A stretch of 58,974 nucleotides of DNA, filler included, from Basidiobolus meristosporus CBS 931.73 (lineage: Eukaryota > Fungi > Basidiobolomycota), in NCBI GenBank assembly GCA_002104905.1. It is 3 parts of 3 records of this genome, joined end to end, with 100 filler letters (N's around TTAATTAATTAA, not from the genome) between each part and the next. Parts side by side here need not be neighbours in the genome. Positions count along the whole stretch, not along the records: positions 15,609 to 45,498 come from MCFE01000860.1; positions 45,599 to 58,974 come from MCFE01001206.1; 1 more part is not named here. One strand, given 5' to 3'. Positions 37,035 to 49,114 of the stretch are shown one piece after another. Position numbers and translations under genes: made by a program. The notes under the pieces are model-generated. The model ran no database searches. It saw only the letters and a program-made list of their open reading frames with translations, and was not told where the DNA came from. Positions within the stretch are counted from its first letter, which is position 1. The number at the start of each line of letters is the position of its first letter.

Positions 37035-40000
37035 CCTTATAAAAAATAATCTGGTTCTGCAGGTGGAGCCATTTCAGATCAGCCATTAATATCCCATCAC
37101 AAGGCCATAAATAATACCACAAGCTTGGAATTAATGGCCCTCTACACAATCTTATGAGAGGATCATGTTGGTGTTTGGCTAGTTTTACTGCCAAATAAAG
37201 TTTAAAACCTAAAGGTATTTGGGCAGTGTTCACAGGTGTTTTTTCATTGCAAATTAGGGCTTTGGCAGTGCATGCAGGGTACTGTTGCTAGGGGAGGTAG
37301 GCACACTATCCATCAGTGAGCCTTCTTCTGCAGAGCAATCACTCTGCATGCCATATTCAGAAGACTGAGGTAAGCCTAAAGGCATCACAAACTCACCTGA
37401 CTCAATTTGCGCAAGGTGACAAATACAGCCAGGTGCCATTATAATAGTATTAAGTGGCCAGCAAGATAATGTTGGTACAGTAGTGACTGGTGAATGGTCA
37501 AATATGAATTTTGTGGCAAAATACTGCCATGATCCATGTAATACTACCTATGCTGTCTGCATGCTTAATGGCTGAGAGGCCTGCTACAATAGCCACATGG
37601 TCTTTTTTCTCTTCTCTTATGGCTTTGAATCAAAGTAGTCTTGTCCATGGGGCAAACAGTTTGACACTCAACATCACAACACTATTGTATCATCTTTTTT
37701 GAAATATATTTGTGTGAATTTAAGACAGTCTTGTGTTTGAGGCATTGCACCCACATGAATGTATGATTCAATGATGACCTGCCATAGTTAGCAATATAAA
37801 TATAGTTGTAGCACCACATACACACATATTTGTAACACCATTTCCCCTTTGGCTTGACTCAACTCCATATTTATGCCACCAAAAAGTAAAGCAAAGTTGT
37901 CTGGTTCCCAACCAAACCACACAACTGACAGCAGCAGAAGAATGGTTGGACAACAGCTTACATTACCATTCAGTGCAACAAGCAGGGCTACAACCAAAAA
38001 AAGCCCTGTGGACAATGTGCCCACTGAAGGTAATAATGTGGACTCCTCAGGCTCTCAGTCAAGTAGTCAATTGGGAATTTCTGTGGAGCCTCAAGCTGAC
38101 CATAATGCTGAGGCAGATGAGAATGCAGCAAGTGGCTGTTATAGCATAAACACCACCTGTATTAGTAAGTATGTTGTCAGCTCATACCAAAGCACTGATG
38201 AGGCAATCAGATGCAGTGGCTGATAGGATAGATGCAATGGCCCAGAGAATTCAGGAAATAGTCCAGAAACAGGATGAGCAGATAAAAGGTGTAGAACAAT
38301 CAATATCCCAGGTAGAGAAAGCAGTATCTTTGCTGCAAAGAAGGCACTCAAGTAGGTCAATGTCACAGCCAAGAATTGAGCTATTTCCTGATGTAACAGC
38401 AAAGGAACACCATACAATCTTTGAAGCACTATGCCAGTACCAAAAGATAAAGCCTAAAGAAAAATCATGACAGCATTGGAGGGAGAAAATGTAGTGTTTA
38501 AACCAAAGCCTAAATATTAAGAGACATTGAAGAAAAATGAAGCCATTGAGTGCAATGATGAAGAGTGGGCTAATATTTAAGAGGCTGTGAGAAGTCTAGC
38601 ATGCCAACACCTTAAGGCTGGCATACCATGGGACCATCAGGAACTTAAGGCCCAGCAGAATCTGCTTGACTTGTTCCATGAGCATTTCCTGAATCCAAAC
38701 AAGCAAACAGATTTGGCTCAACATTGGTATGCTAAGAAAGTATCTCAAGAATAGCAGAAACCATCAAAGGCAGAAGAACTAAGATGCAATGGCTAAAAAC
38801 CGGCTGCTTCCTCAAGAGCCCATTACAAGCAGGGCCAAAAGCTCCAAGCAAGTGTCAAAGAGGTATCAGGTAGCTGGAAGAGTGCCAATAATGGAAAACA
38901 GGCAGACACAGATGCAGCAGCGCAACATATATCAAGGAAAATGCATACTTTTGCTCAAGAAGCACTCAGTCAAAGTAGCCACAAAGGACCTGGCAATGAT
39001 AAAAACCAGCAGCTACCTCAGGAGCCCATCACAGCATGAGCTGAGAGCTTGAAATAAGCAGGAAAGAAGAGTCAGATTGCCTGCAGAGTGCCAGCAAGGG
39101 ACAAGCAGGCCAAACAGATGCATCAGAGCAGCACTTATCTAGTAAAAAACATAGTTCAATACAAGAAGAGCTCAGACAAAGTAGCAGCAAAAGACCTGGC
39201 AGTGATGAAGGAAAAGGTAAAGGGGAAAAAGTCTACCTAAGCCAGAGAAAGGGAAGCATAAGAAAAAAGCTGCTGTACTTGCCAATTAATGCCATAAGCC
39301 TGGAACAGACTAAATCCCATCATAACTCAGAAGAATTACCAACAAGAAAACAGCCATTTTCACAAGAGTTGGAAGTGCAGCCAGCTGAACTACCATCCAG
39401 TGAGGTAGATGAGTTTGCAGAGAAAGGCAATTTGTCTACCACAGCCTTCATGTCCTTCATTTTTAACAGAGGTATTACCACTAGACAAAGTAACAACATC
39501 AAGAACTCAAAAGGTTATCACAATGCCTTCAGTGGAATTTTGGAGCATTAACAGGTACACCAAGAGGCTGCAGCACTTCTTCAAGAGCAGTGCTCAAGAA
39601 AACACACTTGAATATTGCAAGGATTTATTGCAAAGACTGGCAGCTGAGGTGCTATACCTTGCAGTGCCAGCTGAAGACCAGGATGTATGGGAACCAGTGA
39701 ATGAACAGTGACATAAAGCTGTAGGGTTCCTGCCAAAGTCATGGAAACATAGTGTTACAGCAGAAGTACTTATTGAATGGTGGATTTTAATGGAGTTACT
39801 TGTTGAGTGTGGGGTTGGGCTTAGTGTTTGTGCAGAGTATAGGGACCTGTATAGGTCAATACAATTGGCAACTGAGGTACAACTGAAGTAGGCACACCAA
39901 GAGGTTGCAGCACTTCTTCAAGAGCAGTGGTCAAGAAAACACACTTGAATATTGTAAGGACTTATTGCTAAGACTGGCAGATGAGGGGCTAGACCTTGCA

Positions 40001-40569
40001 GTGCTGGCTGAAGACCAGGACATATGGGAACCAGTGTATGAACAATGGCATAAAGCTGTAGGGTTCCTGCCAAAGTTGTGGAAATGGAGTGTCACAGCAG
40101 AAATACTTACTGAGTGTTGGATTTGAATGGAGTAACTTGTTTAGTGAGGGTTGGGCTTAAAGTTAGTATAGGGTATAGGGACTTGTATAAGTCAATACAA
40201 TTGGCAATTGAGGTACAACTGAAGTTTCAACAAAAATATATCGATTTATATGCATAATAAATGAGAGAAATGGTTTAGTCAGGAAGTAAGGAGTGTGAAA
40301 AAGAGGCAATATCCAATCAATGCACACAAAGTAGGAGGTGATAGAGTGTACAGGATCAGAAAGTGAAAAAATTGGCCAAGAACCAATCAAAAGCCACTTA
40401 GGTATTGTTGTGATAAAATTTTTGACTATATTTTTTGTGAAATCTGGGGTGCAATTATTTTTTGGCAGTCTTTGCACAGTATCCTAATGGGATCAATACC
40501 TCTTAGTCATGGGACTTTAAATTTGTGATGGCCTTTTGATGGATTCATCACAATAATTTTTTACAGGGA
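37035..40569 (+). mobile_element. Non-autonomous CACTA derivative inserted in Copia gag
   Basis: TIRs CCTTATAAAAAATAAT / ATAATTTTTTACAGGG; subterminal inverted repeat 37091-37108 versus 40528-40545; gag resumes at 40570; transposase core deleted. Confidence 0.75.
39557..40225 (+). repeat. Diverged tandem duplication, ~337-bp unit, inside the CACTA derivative
   Basis: ACACCAAGAGG.TGCAGCACTTCTTCAAGAGCAGTG starts at 39557 and 39894. Confidence 0.85.
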
Positions 40570-41026
40570 TCCTTGTCAACAGTTGATACTCCTACAGACT
40601 CCATCTCATCCACCAGCAGGGTAATTCTATTAATTAGATATTTCATTTCATATCCTGGCAGCATCTTTGTATTAAAGAATTTTGTCTAGAATACATTTTC
40701 TTAGCAGCTGAACATGACTGGTAGGTGTCTTCTAATGCCTTCCAGGCATTCTTTTCCATTTTTGCTCTTGAGCATTGAATTAGCAATTTGTCATTGACAT
40801 TGAGGCAAATGCAGTTAAAGGCACTTTGTTCTTTCTTCTGGTACTTGAAGGCTTCCTCTCCCATGTTTCTAGAATGGCTTTCTTCCATGACAATATCCTG
40901 AAGGCCTCTTTCTTGTAGCAGCATCTTCATCTTCACCTTCCACACTTGGTAGTTAGATCCATGCAACTTTTGAGCAGAGGGAAAAATTCCAGTAATAGTG
41001 GTAGTAGACATTGCAGAGAGTGACAG
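40570..41026 (-). pseudogene. Copia gag N-terminal fragment
   Basis: KLHGSNYQVWKVKMKMLLQERGL..SAFNCICLNV..AWKALEDTY. Confidence 0.85.
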
Positions 41027-41042
41027 CTTGGGGCTCATAACC
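41027..41042 (-). promoter_or_regulatory. Copia PBS GGTTATGAGCCCCAAG
   Basis: Abuts the LTR CA end; matches the GGTTATGGGCCC-type PBS of copia-like elements. Confidence 0.75.
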
Positions 41043-41391
41043 TGTTATAAGAGTCTTGGAGATATTGCAAGTGCTTGAGAGAACAAGTAGAGCATGCAGT
41101 TTTCACTTAATGATCTATTGAATATAAAAGTAGTATTTATACTTTTGCATAGTATTTGCAAAACAAACATGTAAGATATGTGCAGGAAGATTACAAGAGC
41201 TTGTCTGCAAAGTTTGGGGCTGTTTGGACAACTTATCCAATTTTCATGTTCTGGGTAACTCATATTTTGGTGAAAATATCTTAAGTAAATTTCAACAAGG
41301 AATTTGGTCAGCATTCTCTAGGATTTGAAGGTAAGGATCAAAGTGGCTAAGCTAGGTGAATGTTTAGGTGGAATTATGAAATTTTACAACA
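41043..41391 (-). repeat. Copia 5' LTR (349 bp)
   Basis: TGTTATAAG...TTACAACA; homologous to 2454-2801. Confidence 0.85.
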
Positions 41392-42986
41392 TTTAATACC
41401 TACTGAGAGTTCTGCAAATTAGTATACTCTTTTATGATCAACAGTTAGGGTCTTGAGCTTATGTTGCTCAAAGTTAGAGAAACTTGAACCTTTGTTGGCT
41501 TGTTACAGTAGCTTGAGTGGAAGTTATGGGTTGTGACTACAGAAGTTGGTTTTGAGATTTTACATGAATAGAGTACTCCCTGTTGACACATATCCTCAAG
41601 ACTCTAGCAGTAGAATAATGTGAGGATATGCTGAGAAGACTTGCTGGTGAGAGGCTAGATGCTATTGCACTCCCAGGAGTCCACAATCTGTGGAAGGTAA
41701 CAAGGAACAAATGCCACACATCTGCAATGTTGCTGCCAACACTATAGAAGAAGGAAAATTGTATATATCTAACTCCAGCTTAGGGATTTCCCCACCTTGC
41801 TAGTAGCTTTGTATGCTAGAATTTGGCCCTAATATATTGCCCTTAACTTCTAGTGAGATAAATGGGATATAAATATGAAACTGCCTCAAAGCTCTGTAGA
41901 CATATCCACTCTGATCCTGCAAGTGGATAATTATCTGTATTACAAATCATTGCACATTGAGGTATTCTCAGATTCTAAATAGCCAATTGCCAGGCAATGC
42001 GTTTTGGAGCTTAGATTGAAAGATGCTACAAGCATACTAGTAGATATTTGCAAAGACAGAATAGGTTTTTTGTTACGCGTTGCAAAGAATCGAGTGTTTT
42101 CCATGTCCAGTATACTTCATTGCAAGAGAACAGCTTATAATACGTATTTTGTTATCTTAAATGCATATTATGAAATCATCTGCAGACGTGACCTCCCCTC
42201 CCCCAAGACACATATTCAGAAATAACTCTGCATCTCAAATGGAGAGTATTAATAATAACATGGCATTAATCTAAACAAAACCTGCCTCATATGGACTTGC
42301 TTACTCATCAGTAAACGTTTGAGCAATCTCTATGGGCAATTACTGGCAAATAGCCCCGCATAAAAGGATTTCGCTACTTGCACTATAACAATGTACCTAA
42401 CCCTCCTGATTTGTGGTATCAGGCAACCTTATTGCAGTCGTACTGGTTTGCATAGTTGCACGGCGTTGGGTGAAAATACTCTTACCGCTCACATGGTCAA
42501 ATATACTTTCTGGTCTTTCAAGGCAGTAAACCACACAGATGATTTGTACATGTAAGGCGTGCGCTGAAGTATCCACTTATGCGAGTAATCCGCCCCGAAT
42601 TAATTCTAGACATGATCACTGTGGTACACGAATATTATCAGCGCACAGTGGTACACAGATATTACCAGCGTAATGAATTTTGTGTGGTTGAGAAGGGAGA
42701 CGAATCGACAAAAATGGTTAGCCATTCAAGATTTTACTTGCACCTACCAGTCCCCGGGCCCCAGCGATCATACATTCTAATTTTAGGTTTGATTTGGCCC
42801 CAACACAAGGATTCAGCTACTGGGCAGGAAGCTTATTTTATCCCTATTTAGGAAAGAGACGGCAATTGTATTTATCTCAACCACCAACCACAGCCTGCAA
42901 AATAAATGAGCCATCCCCCGGTTCCCACATATAATTAGAGAACACCTCTCTGTCAGTACTCCAGTTCACTCATTGCCATTCTGAAT

Positions 42987-44252
42987 ATGCAAGTTCGGTG
43001 GTTTGCTTGTCTGCTGGTTTTCCTTGCATTTTTCACTCTATCTCTGAATGCGGCAGGGCCACCAGATACGACGTCTGTAAATGCTCATGCGCCCACCAAA
43101 ACTGAGGGAGCCCATTCTACTCCCGTTGCCAGCGGTCACGACAACACAAAAGCCAAGCAAGATGTAGCCACCGGACATGGTGGCAAAAAGGGCGAGGATG
43201 GAGGCTCCACTTCCGAGCACGGTAGCGAAGGCCAGGAAGAAGAGGGAAACCACCGCTTCTCCGACTTTGCTCCACACGGGTCCATCTTCTTCTACCTTTT
43301 TACTACCATCACTGCCACATTGAATATTTGCTGCTCTGCCGCCGTAATCTACACGTCATATACAGACTACCAGGAGATCAAGTATCAGAATGCACATCTC
43401 CGTAAGAAGCCACATTTGTCCTCTTCCATCCGGTTTCCGTTCTATATCGCCATGCTCGATCTTTTCCTGGGCTTCGTTACTCTATTCATGGTGTCAGACA
43501 CCATGTATTTTGACGAGCTTCCTTCAAGCAAAGTGTGCGCTGTCATTGGTGGCATAATGTACCTTGGAATTCTGGTGGAAATGACTGTGGTTGGAACGGT
43601 GGCGGCTGTGACCTATCTGCAGTTGGCGTTGAAAATCGACATCTACCTCGGCCGCTGGGATTGGAAAGTCTGGGTTGCCTGTGTTTTGAGTTGTTTGACC
43701 ATTGCCGTGATTGGAATTGCTACGGATGGGTTCGGTCCGGATTTGTACTGGTGTCTGGTGAACGAACACACAGAGGCAGGCCATGTGTTTCTCAAGCTCT
43801 TTCTAGGCATTCACTATGCTGTTCTGGCCATTGTGCTTGTAAGTTACTTGGGCGTCCTATTTAACATGGTTCGCAACCCATCAGCACACCACGACCACGG
43901 CCCAGCCCACGAGTCTGGCAAAATCAAGCGGACGATTACAGTGGGTGTTCGTCGCACGCTCACCGTACGTGAGGCCGTTCTGCATCATCAAAAGCACACG
44001 GAGCACTTGGGAATGGCCCTTTTCCTTCACGTATTCCACTTCACCCCCGCCATTATCCATATGATTCTGCAGCTGAAAAACTATCACCGTGCCTGGGTGT
44101 ATGTGCTGGCTGCTGCCTTCATCCAATTGGGCGGCGTTCTAAACGGGTTCGAGGTGTTCATGCACCGCAAGAAACCACACGCGCGTCATCGGTACAAAAA
44201 CCTGGAGGAAGAGTACCCGGTTGAAGAGCTACCCCGTATCCCATCACACTAA
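42987..44252 (+). CDS. 7TM GPCR-like protein (Git3/cAMP-receptor-like type) with signal peptide and Gly/His/Glu-rich N-terminus
   Basis: 421-aa intact ORF; seven hydrophobic segments; S.RFPFYIA..D, TM3 Cys, G.WDWK, FGPD.YWC, GG.LN motifs; CpG-rich like host DNA. Confidence 0.85.
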   Translation: MQVRWFACLLVFLAFFTLSLNAAGPPDTTSVNAHAPTKTEGAHSTPVASGHDNTKAKQDVATGHGGKKGEDGGSTSEHGSEGQEEEGNHRFSDFAPHGSIFFYLFTTITATLNICCSAAVIYTSYTDYQEIKYQNAHLRKKPHLSSSIRFPFYIAMLDLFLGFVTLFMVSDTMYFDELPSSKVCAVIGGIMYLGILVEMTVVGTVAAVTYLQLALKIDIYLGRWDWKVWVACVLSCLTIAVIGIATDGFGPDLYWCLVNEHTEAGHVFLKLFLGIHYAVLAIVLVSYLGVLFNMVRNPSAHHDHGPAHESGKIKRTITVGVRRTLTVREAVLHHQKHTEHLGMALFLHVFHFTPAIIHMILQLKNYHRAWVYVLAAAFIQLGGVLNGFEVFMHRKKPHARHRYKNLEEEYPVEELPRIPSH

Positions 44253-44888
44253 AGCTCTTGGAATACCGTGGGAAGCGCCGTCAACTACGCTTCCGTTCCA
44301 TCATACCGATTGTACAAATATTCAATCATTTGTTTGTATATTCATTATATCCCACTTCAATATCGATGTTGTACCTTTAGCAATTGATGTGTTGACCATG
44401 TCATCTCTATAAAGACGCTTTCCCTTCATACGGGCCAAGTGGGGTTCTGGGTTTTTGACCATCATTGAACTCCAATGCTATACGTAATGTGTGGAATTTT
44501 TTTTCATCCAGGATTTACTACTCATTGGCAAAGCCGATAATGACTAGACTCGAGAAAATACCATCCAAAATAATCCCCATGCTATAGGTCACTTGGCTGA
44601 AATCGTCATGGGTGGCTTAGAAATGGTCACCAAAATACTGGAGTTTCTTCAATAGTAATTGAAGCTGAAACACTACAGGTGGCTTTTGAAATCGATCCCT
44701 TTAATGTGCCATGCATATATACAAGAGTGATGCGTCCTAAAATGGGCTCGAAGCTGATCCGTGGTCACATGACTCACCGGGAGCTTACATCATCGCATAC
44801 AGTTATGCTTAATATTCTTTATAAATTGGCTGAAGGTGAGTAGTGGTTAACTGATAGCAATTACCACTGATCTATATACTTTCTCGGA

Positions 44889-45498
44889 ATGTCTGTCACT
44901 AACGTAGTTGAATCGCGCGTCATCAAAGCACCCATCGAAACAGTATGGGACTATGTTAAAGACTGTGATTTCAAATTTTGGAAGATTGTGCAGAGCGCCA
45001 AAGTGGAGAATGGAAGCCCTGCTGAAGGTATTCTTCATGGGGTCAGAACTGCCGAGCGGAGATTAATCATTGCCTTATAGTCGGATCAACACGTAAAGTT
45101 ACCTTCAAGGTTTCTAGTCGACTCTTCTTATCCACTCCTCGTCTTTTCCCCCCTCATTAACCTGTTGGCTTAGGACGGCACGGTTACTCTCTACAAAATC
45201 ATTGAGAGATCAGGTATCAATCGGATTTTTTTGATATCTTGGAGTCTTTAAACTCATTTAACCTCAAGATATCCGCCACTTCGTAACGTATGAGGCGATC
45301 GAGTCGGATCCACCGATAAGTGTTCTCTCAGCAATGCACACCTTCAGACTTACTCGCGTTACTCATGTAACTTCATATTTTCAATGATCTTTTTGGCTCT
45401 TTTGGTATAACAAATCCTTGTAAATCCATAGGATAACAGCACCTTTTGTGGAGTGGGTCAGTGATTATAGTTCCGATGGGGGCCAGGCTGTGATTGAA
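44889..45498 (+). CDS. Bet v1 / polyketide-cyclase (SRPBCC)-like protein, spliced, truncated by gap
   Basis: Exons ~44889-45027, 45081-45109, 45174-45213, ~45270-45366, ~45432-gap give VVESRVIKAPIETVW..VGSTRKVTFKDGT..FVTYEAIESDPP..HTFRLTRVT..VEWVSDYSSD; apparent 1-nt insertion at ACCTTTTGTG (~45445). Confidence 0.7.
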
Positions 45499-45598
45499 NN
45501 NNNNNNNNNNNNNNNNNNNNNNNNNNNNNNNNNNNNNNNNNNTTAATTAATTAANNNNNNNNNNNNNNNNNNNNNNNNNNNNNNNNNNNNNNNNNNNN
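45499..45598. other. Assembly gap linker
   Basis: Same 100-bp N/TTAATTAATTAA linker. Confidence 0.98.
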
Positions 45599-45765
45599 TC
45601 ATGATTAGGGTAAACAAAGCTATAGCCCCCAATGGTAGTACTTAGGGTTAGTTCACCTACCAATACAATGACTATGTACGTTATATTTGCTTATTTATTT
45701 GCATAGAAGGTTGTTGCTCTCTTTACAATGAACAAGGATTACATATTATACACATGGACAGCCTC

Positions 45766-46498
45766 TCAAAGACTCGAGAACACTTTGATAGCATTCACCG
45801 CAGTAGATTTGGCACTTGCAGGGTTAGCGCCAGTGACCACACGACCATCAGTCTGAGTAAAGTCGGCAAAAGGAGTAGGGGGTGCCACATACTCTGCCCC
45901 GACCGCCGCTGCTCCTTCCTCGATTGTAGCCACATTGGCCGATTTGATCAGTACTCAAGCAGGATTAGCATTCACCTCACCCTCCAGTGGTGAACCCAGT
46001 AACCTTTTTGCCAGCAATGATGGACTTACCAGTGGTACTATCCATGATACCTGGGAGAATGGCGGGTCCATGACATACAGCCGAAACCACACCCCCGCGC
46101 TTATAAATGTCTTCAGCAATATGCTGCAGGTGACGAGCTGTAGGATAATCCCACAGGGTTGCGATGGCCAGCAGAGGCAAAGAACAGCCCGTAGTCAGCA
46201 GGGTTGAGATCTTCCGCCTTGTAAAGCTGCGAGTTCAGCTTGACATTGAAAGGATGTGAAGGGTCGCCAGCACCTTTTGATCATCTTCGGACAGGAAATC
46301 CTTAGAGAGGGAGTGCTCATCCACTCCGTAGGTACCAGTCTCGGACGCAAAATCGACCTCAAACCCGGCCTCAACAAGCGCTTCGTAAGGATGCAATGCT
46401 TCGGTGTAAAACAATCCGGTTTTACTGCCGTTGGCGTAGAAGGGCTCGTTATAGCTGGTGATGGCTAGTAGTGCTCTGCGTGGAAGGTTGGCTGGCAT
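45766..46498 (-). pseudogene. DJ-1/PfpI family (Hsp31/glyoxalase III-like) gene with several single-base indels
   Basis: [23 protein letters not shown] nucleophile elbow, DGRVVTGANPASA recovered across frames. Confidence 0.8.
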
Positions 46499-47412
46499 TG
46501 TAATTTAGTTCTGAATACCAAACCAGGTTCATCGAGTCACGTTATATAATGGGCTCGTGAAACTGGATGACAAATTGATCGAAATTTCTGGCAAATGATC
46601 ATTTTTTTTTGATGATCACTTATCAAGTAGTGAGATACTGACCATTTTTGGTTAGAACTACGATGGCTTTCATGGTGTGTTATGTAATATACATCAAGCA
46701 GCGGAGTTAGACATGACCGCCTATGCTTTGATTATCTTTACGTTCTAGTTACGAATCTACTTTTGGGCTGAGTGGCTTCGGGGAGATGAAGGTTTCAGAC
46801 TACCTGACTTTCGTAGTTTTGGAGAGTCAATAGGCGTGCATCTTTTAGTGTCAGATTAGTGAGCTTTCAGCTTACATGTACGTTACTGTCGTCTAGCTAT
46901 TTACGTAGCTAAATATTCGTGAAGCCGTATAGACTGCCACCTGGAAGAATCGAATCGTGATTGAGCACGCAAAATTTTATTGACACGTGACGCAATCACG
47001 GAGGTATTACAAAAGCTGGACCAGGTAATGTGAGATAATACTGATTTGTCCGGCGCTTGCATTGTTTGTAAGTATAGATGAACTGATTCCATATCGACAT
47101 TGACTGCCAATGTCATTAACCGGCGTGACACTGCAAGTCACTATACCTGCTAGTAGTTCACGCTTGGACGATTATCGCATAATTTTGGTTAAATAGCACT
47201 TACTTCACTTAAGCTGAGTATTCAACCATGGTATTATTAACTACGTTAGTCTTGAAAATTAAGGTTGAAAGTTACATTGTGTGTAGTGTAAAGGGTATTG
47301 GGTCATGGATGTTGGTTATCGTTAAGATAACTGTCGTTTGCTATTGCTTCGGTGCATGTGGGATTTCATTTGCTGTTTATTGATTATCTATATGTTGGTG
47401 CTAGTCTTTACT

Positions 47413-48111
47413 TCAGCACTGGCTCCTCTCAAGATGGGTGTTGGGAGGGTTAATCACACTACATAGTGGTGAAACATATCCATCTGCTGGCTTGGGAGAC
47501 AAAGCCAAGGTACTGAGGATTCCGTTGCTTAGCATATTGGTAGTTGCTGGGACAATCAATCCATCTGAGCTAGGATTTGATAGGCTTCGGTAGACACACA
47601 CACGCTCTCCACGGCAGTTAGCCTCACTGAAGAAGCAGAAAGTATTCTCAGCGAAAGGACTGAAATTCATGACTCCCACATTGGGCTTGGGCGATATGTT
47701 GTAGCATTGGTTGATCTTTGGATAATACAACTGATAGGTAGATCCATAGGCGCCATCCTCTCCGTTACAATAGCCCATGACTCCGTTGGGAATGGAGTTA
47801 GGGGACACAGAGGTCTCGCTATCATCAACCTGGTAGTTAGTTTCGTTCATTGGATACTCCCAGTCTAGGAACTGCAAGTCTGCTTCGGAGGAAAGCACGG
47901 CCGAATACCAAGTGGGATAGTTCATACTATTGATCAGGCATTGATGTGTTACACTTGTGAATGGCAGGTTAGGCGGAAACTCCTCCACAATAGGGGAGTA
48001 TGTCAAGGGAGGAAGTAATCCGTTTGTGCCAATCTTAGGGTCCAGAGGCTTGCTTGTTACAGAGGCGGCAAGTACACCCAGAATAGCGAAGTCAGTTATA
48101 CGGAAAAGCAT
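47413..48111 (-). CDS. Diverged paralog of the arrayed secreted protein (232 aa)
   Basis: Signal peptide; PTWYSAVLSSEADLQFLDW ~ PAWFSGVVATELDAKFLIW; FCFFSEANCRGERVCV ~ YCFYSESNCVGERVCM; IVPATTNMLSNG ~ IIPATENMIKNG. Confidence 0.85.
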   Translation of the reverse strand: MLFRITDFAILGVLAASVTSKPLDPKIGTNGLLPPLTYSPIVEEFPPNLPFTSVTHQCLINSMNYPTWYSAVLSSEADLQFLDWEYPMNETNYQVDDSETSVSPNSIPNGVMGYCNGEDGAYGSTYQLYYPKINQCYNISPKPNVGVMNFSPFAENTFCFFSEANCRGERVCVYRSLSNPSSDGLIVPATTNMLSNGILSTLALSPKPADGYVSPLCSVINPPNTHLERSQC

Positions 48112-49114
48112 TGTTATGGCAGCACACCATGCTACGTTTCTCTTTTATATTGGTTCCCCAAACCTCAGTTACTAGTAGGAAAATTTTTGGAAGAATTGTC
48201 TATCTCAAAGTATTCCAAAGAGAAGGTTTAGTGCTGGTAATTGCCTATCAGAAAGTGTTCCAAAGAGAAGGCTTATTACTGGTGGAAGCTTGTCTGATAG
48301 CGGAATCTGATTGCGCTCGAAGTCTTGAGTTCGATTTTCCTGGGTTTTTTCTTTGTGTCGAGCAAGTTTATCCGAGGGAACATAGTGGCTGAAGTAATAT
48401 GGTAATTACCAACTAGTAACAGCAATAACTTTCCAGTGTTTTGGCTTCCAGATCCATACACCAATTACAAAACGTCTCTGGTTAATGCGATTTCGCCCCC
48501 GCAACATTCGCCAAGATGGAAAGTGCCGGAATTAAGTTACGAGTAGTTCCTGCTTATAGTAATGTCGTGTGTAGCTAAATCAATTTACCTCAATATGGAG
48601 ATATCCTACACTTAGCACACACCGGTTCGGCTATTTATGGTTGGATGGTGTCAATACGAAAAATAAGGTAACAGGGATTAAGGCACGGGGGTAGTAAAAA
48701 ACTCTGAAAGAGATTTACTGATTTATATGGTCAATTATTGCGACTAAGCTGCTACCTTCATTACTGTGCACATGGTGAGCTGCGATAATGAGCCCTTCTA
48801 TACTCGCGAGTGCGTGGAAAAGAACAGGGGCAGCAACGGCTACATGGTTCGTGGCAAGGCCTGGAATCACTGCTACGGTAACAAAGCGCATGTGGAGAAA
48901 CAGTTAAATAATGAATTTGTGTACTGGGTAAATTACTATTATGTATAGCATAGCTCACCTTTCCTTGACTAATCAGGTCATTACTCATACCCTCAGTATT
49001 TTGCAAACGTTTCCATAGTTTCTTATTTTTTCAATTTCCTTCCATTATTTTGTGGAGCTCATCATGACTAAACCTGATATGTGTAGTTACATGGCTTTTG
49101 TCTTTATTCTATTG

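Noticed and set aside
32351-41396. 32356-41391 as one intact LTR element with TSD
   Set aside because: Flanks TATTT and TTTAA do not match, and the interior contains duplicated domains from several copies.
45605-45650. TTAGGG/TTAGGGTTAG seeds after the second gap, and GGGTTAGGG at 55590
   Set aside because: Single units expected by chance; the 55590 one simply encodes FPNP in ORF2.
48766-48948. Small Cys-containing ORF (..SCDNEPFYTREC..WNHCYG..)
   Set aside because: Looks protein-like, but I could not build a consistent spliced model or start; insufficient support.
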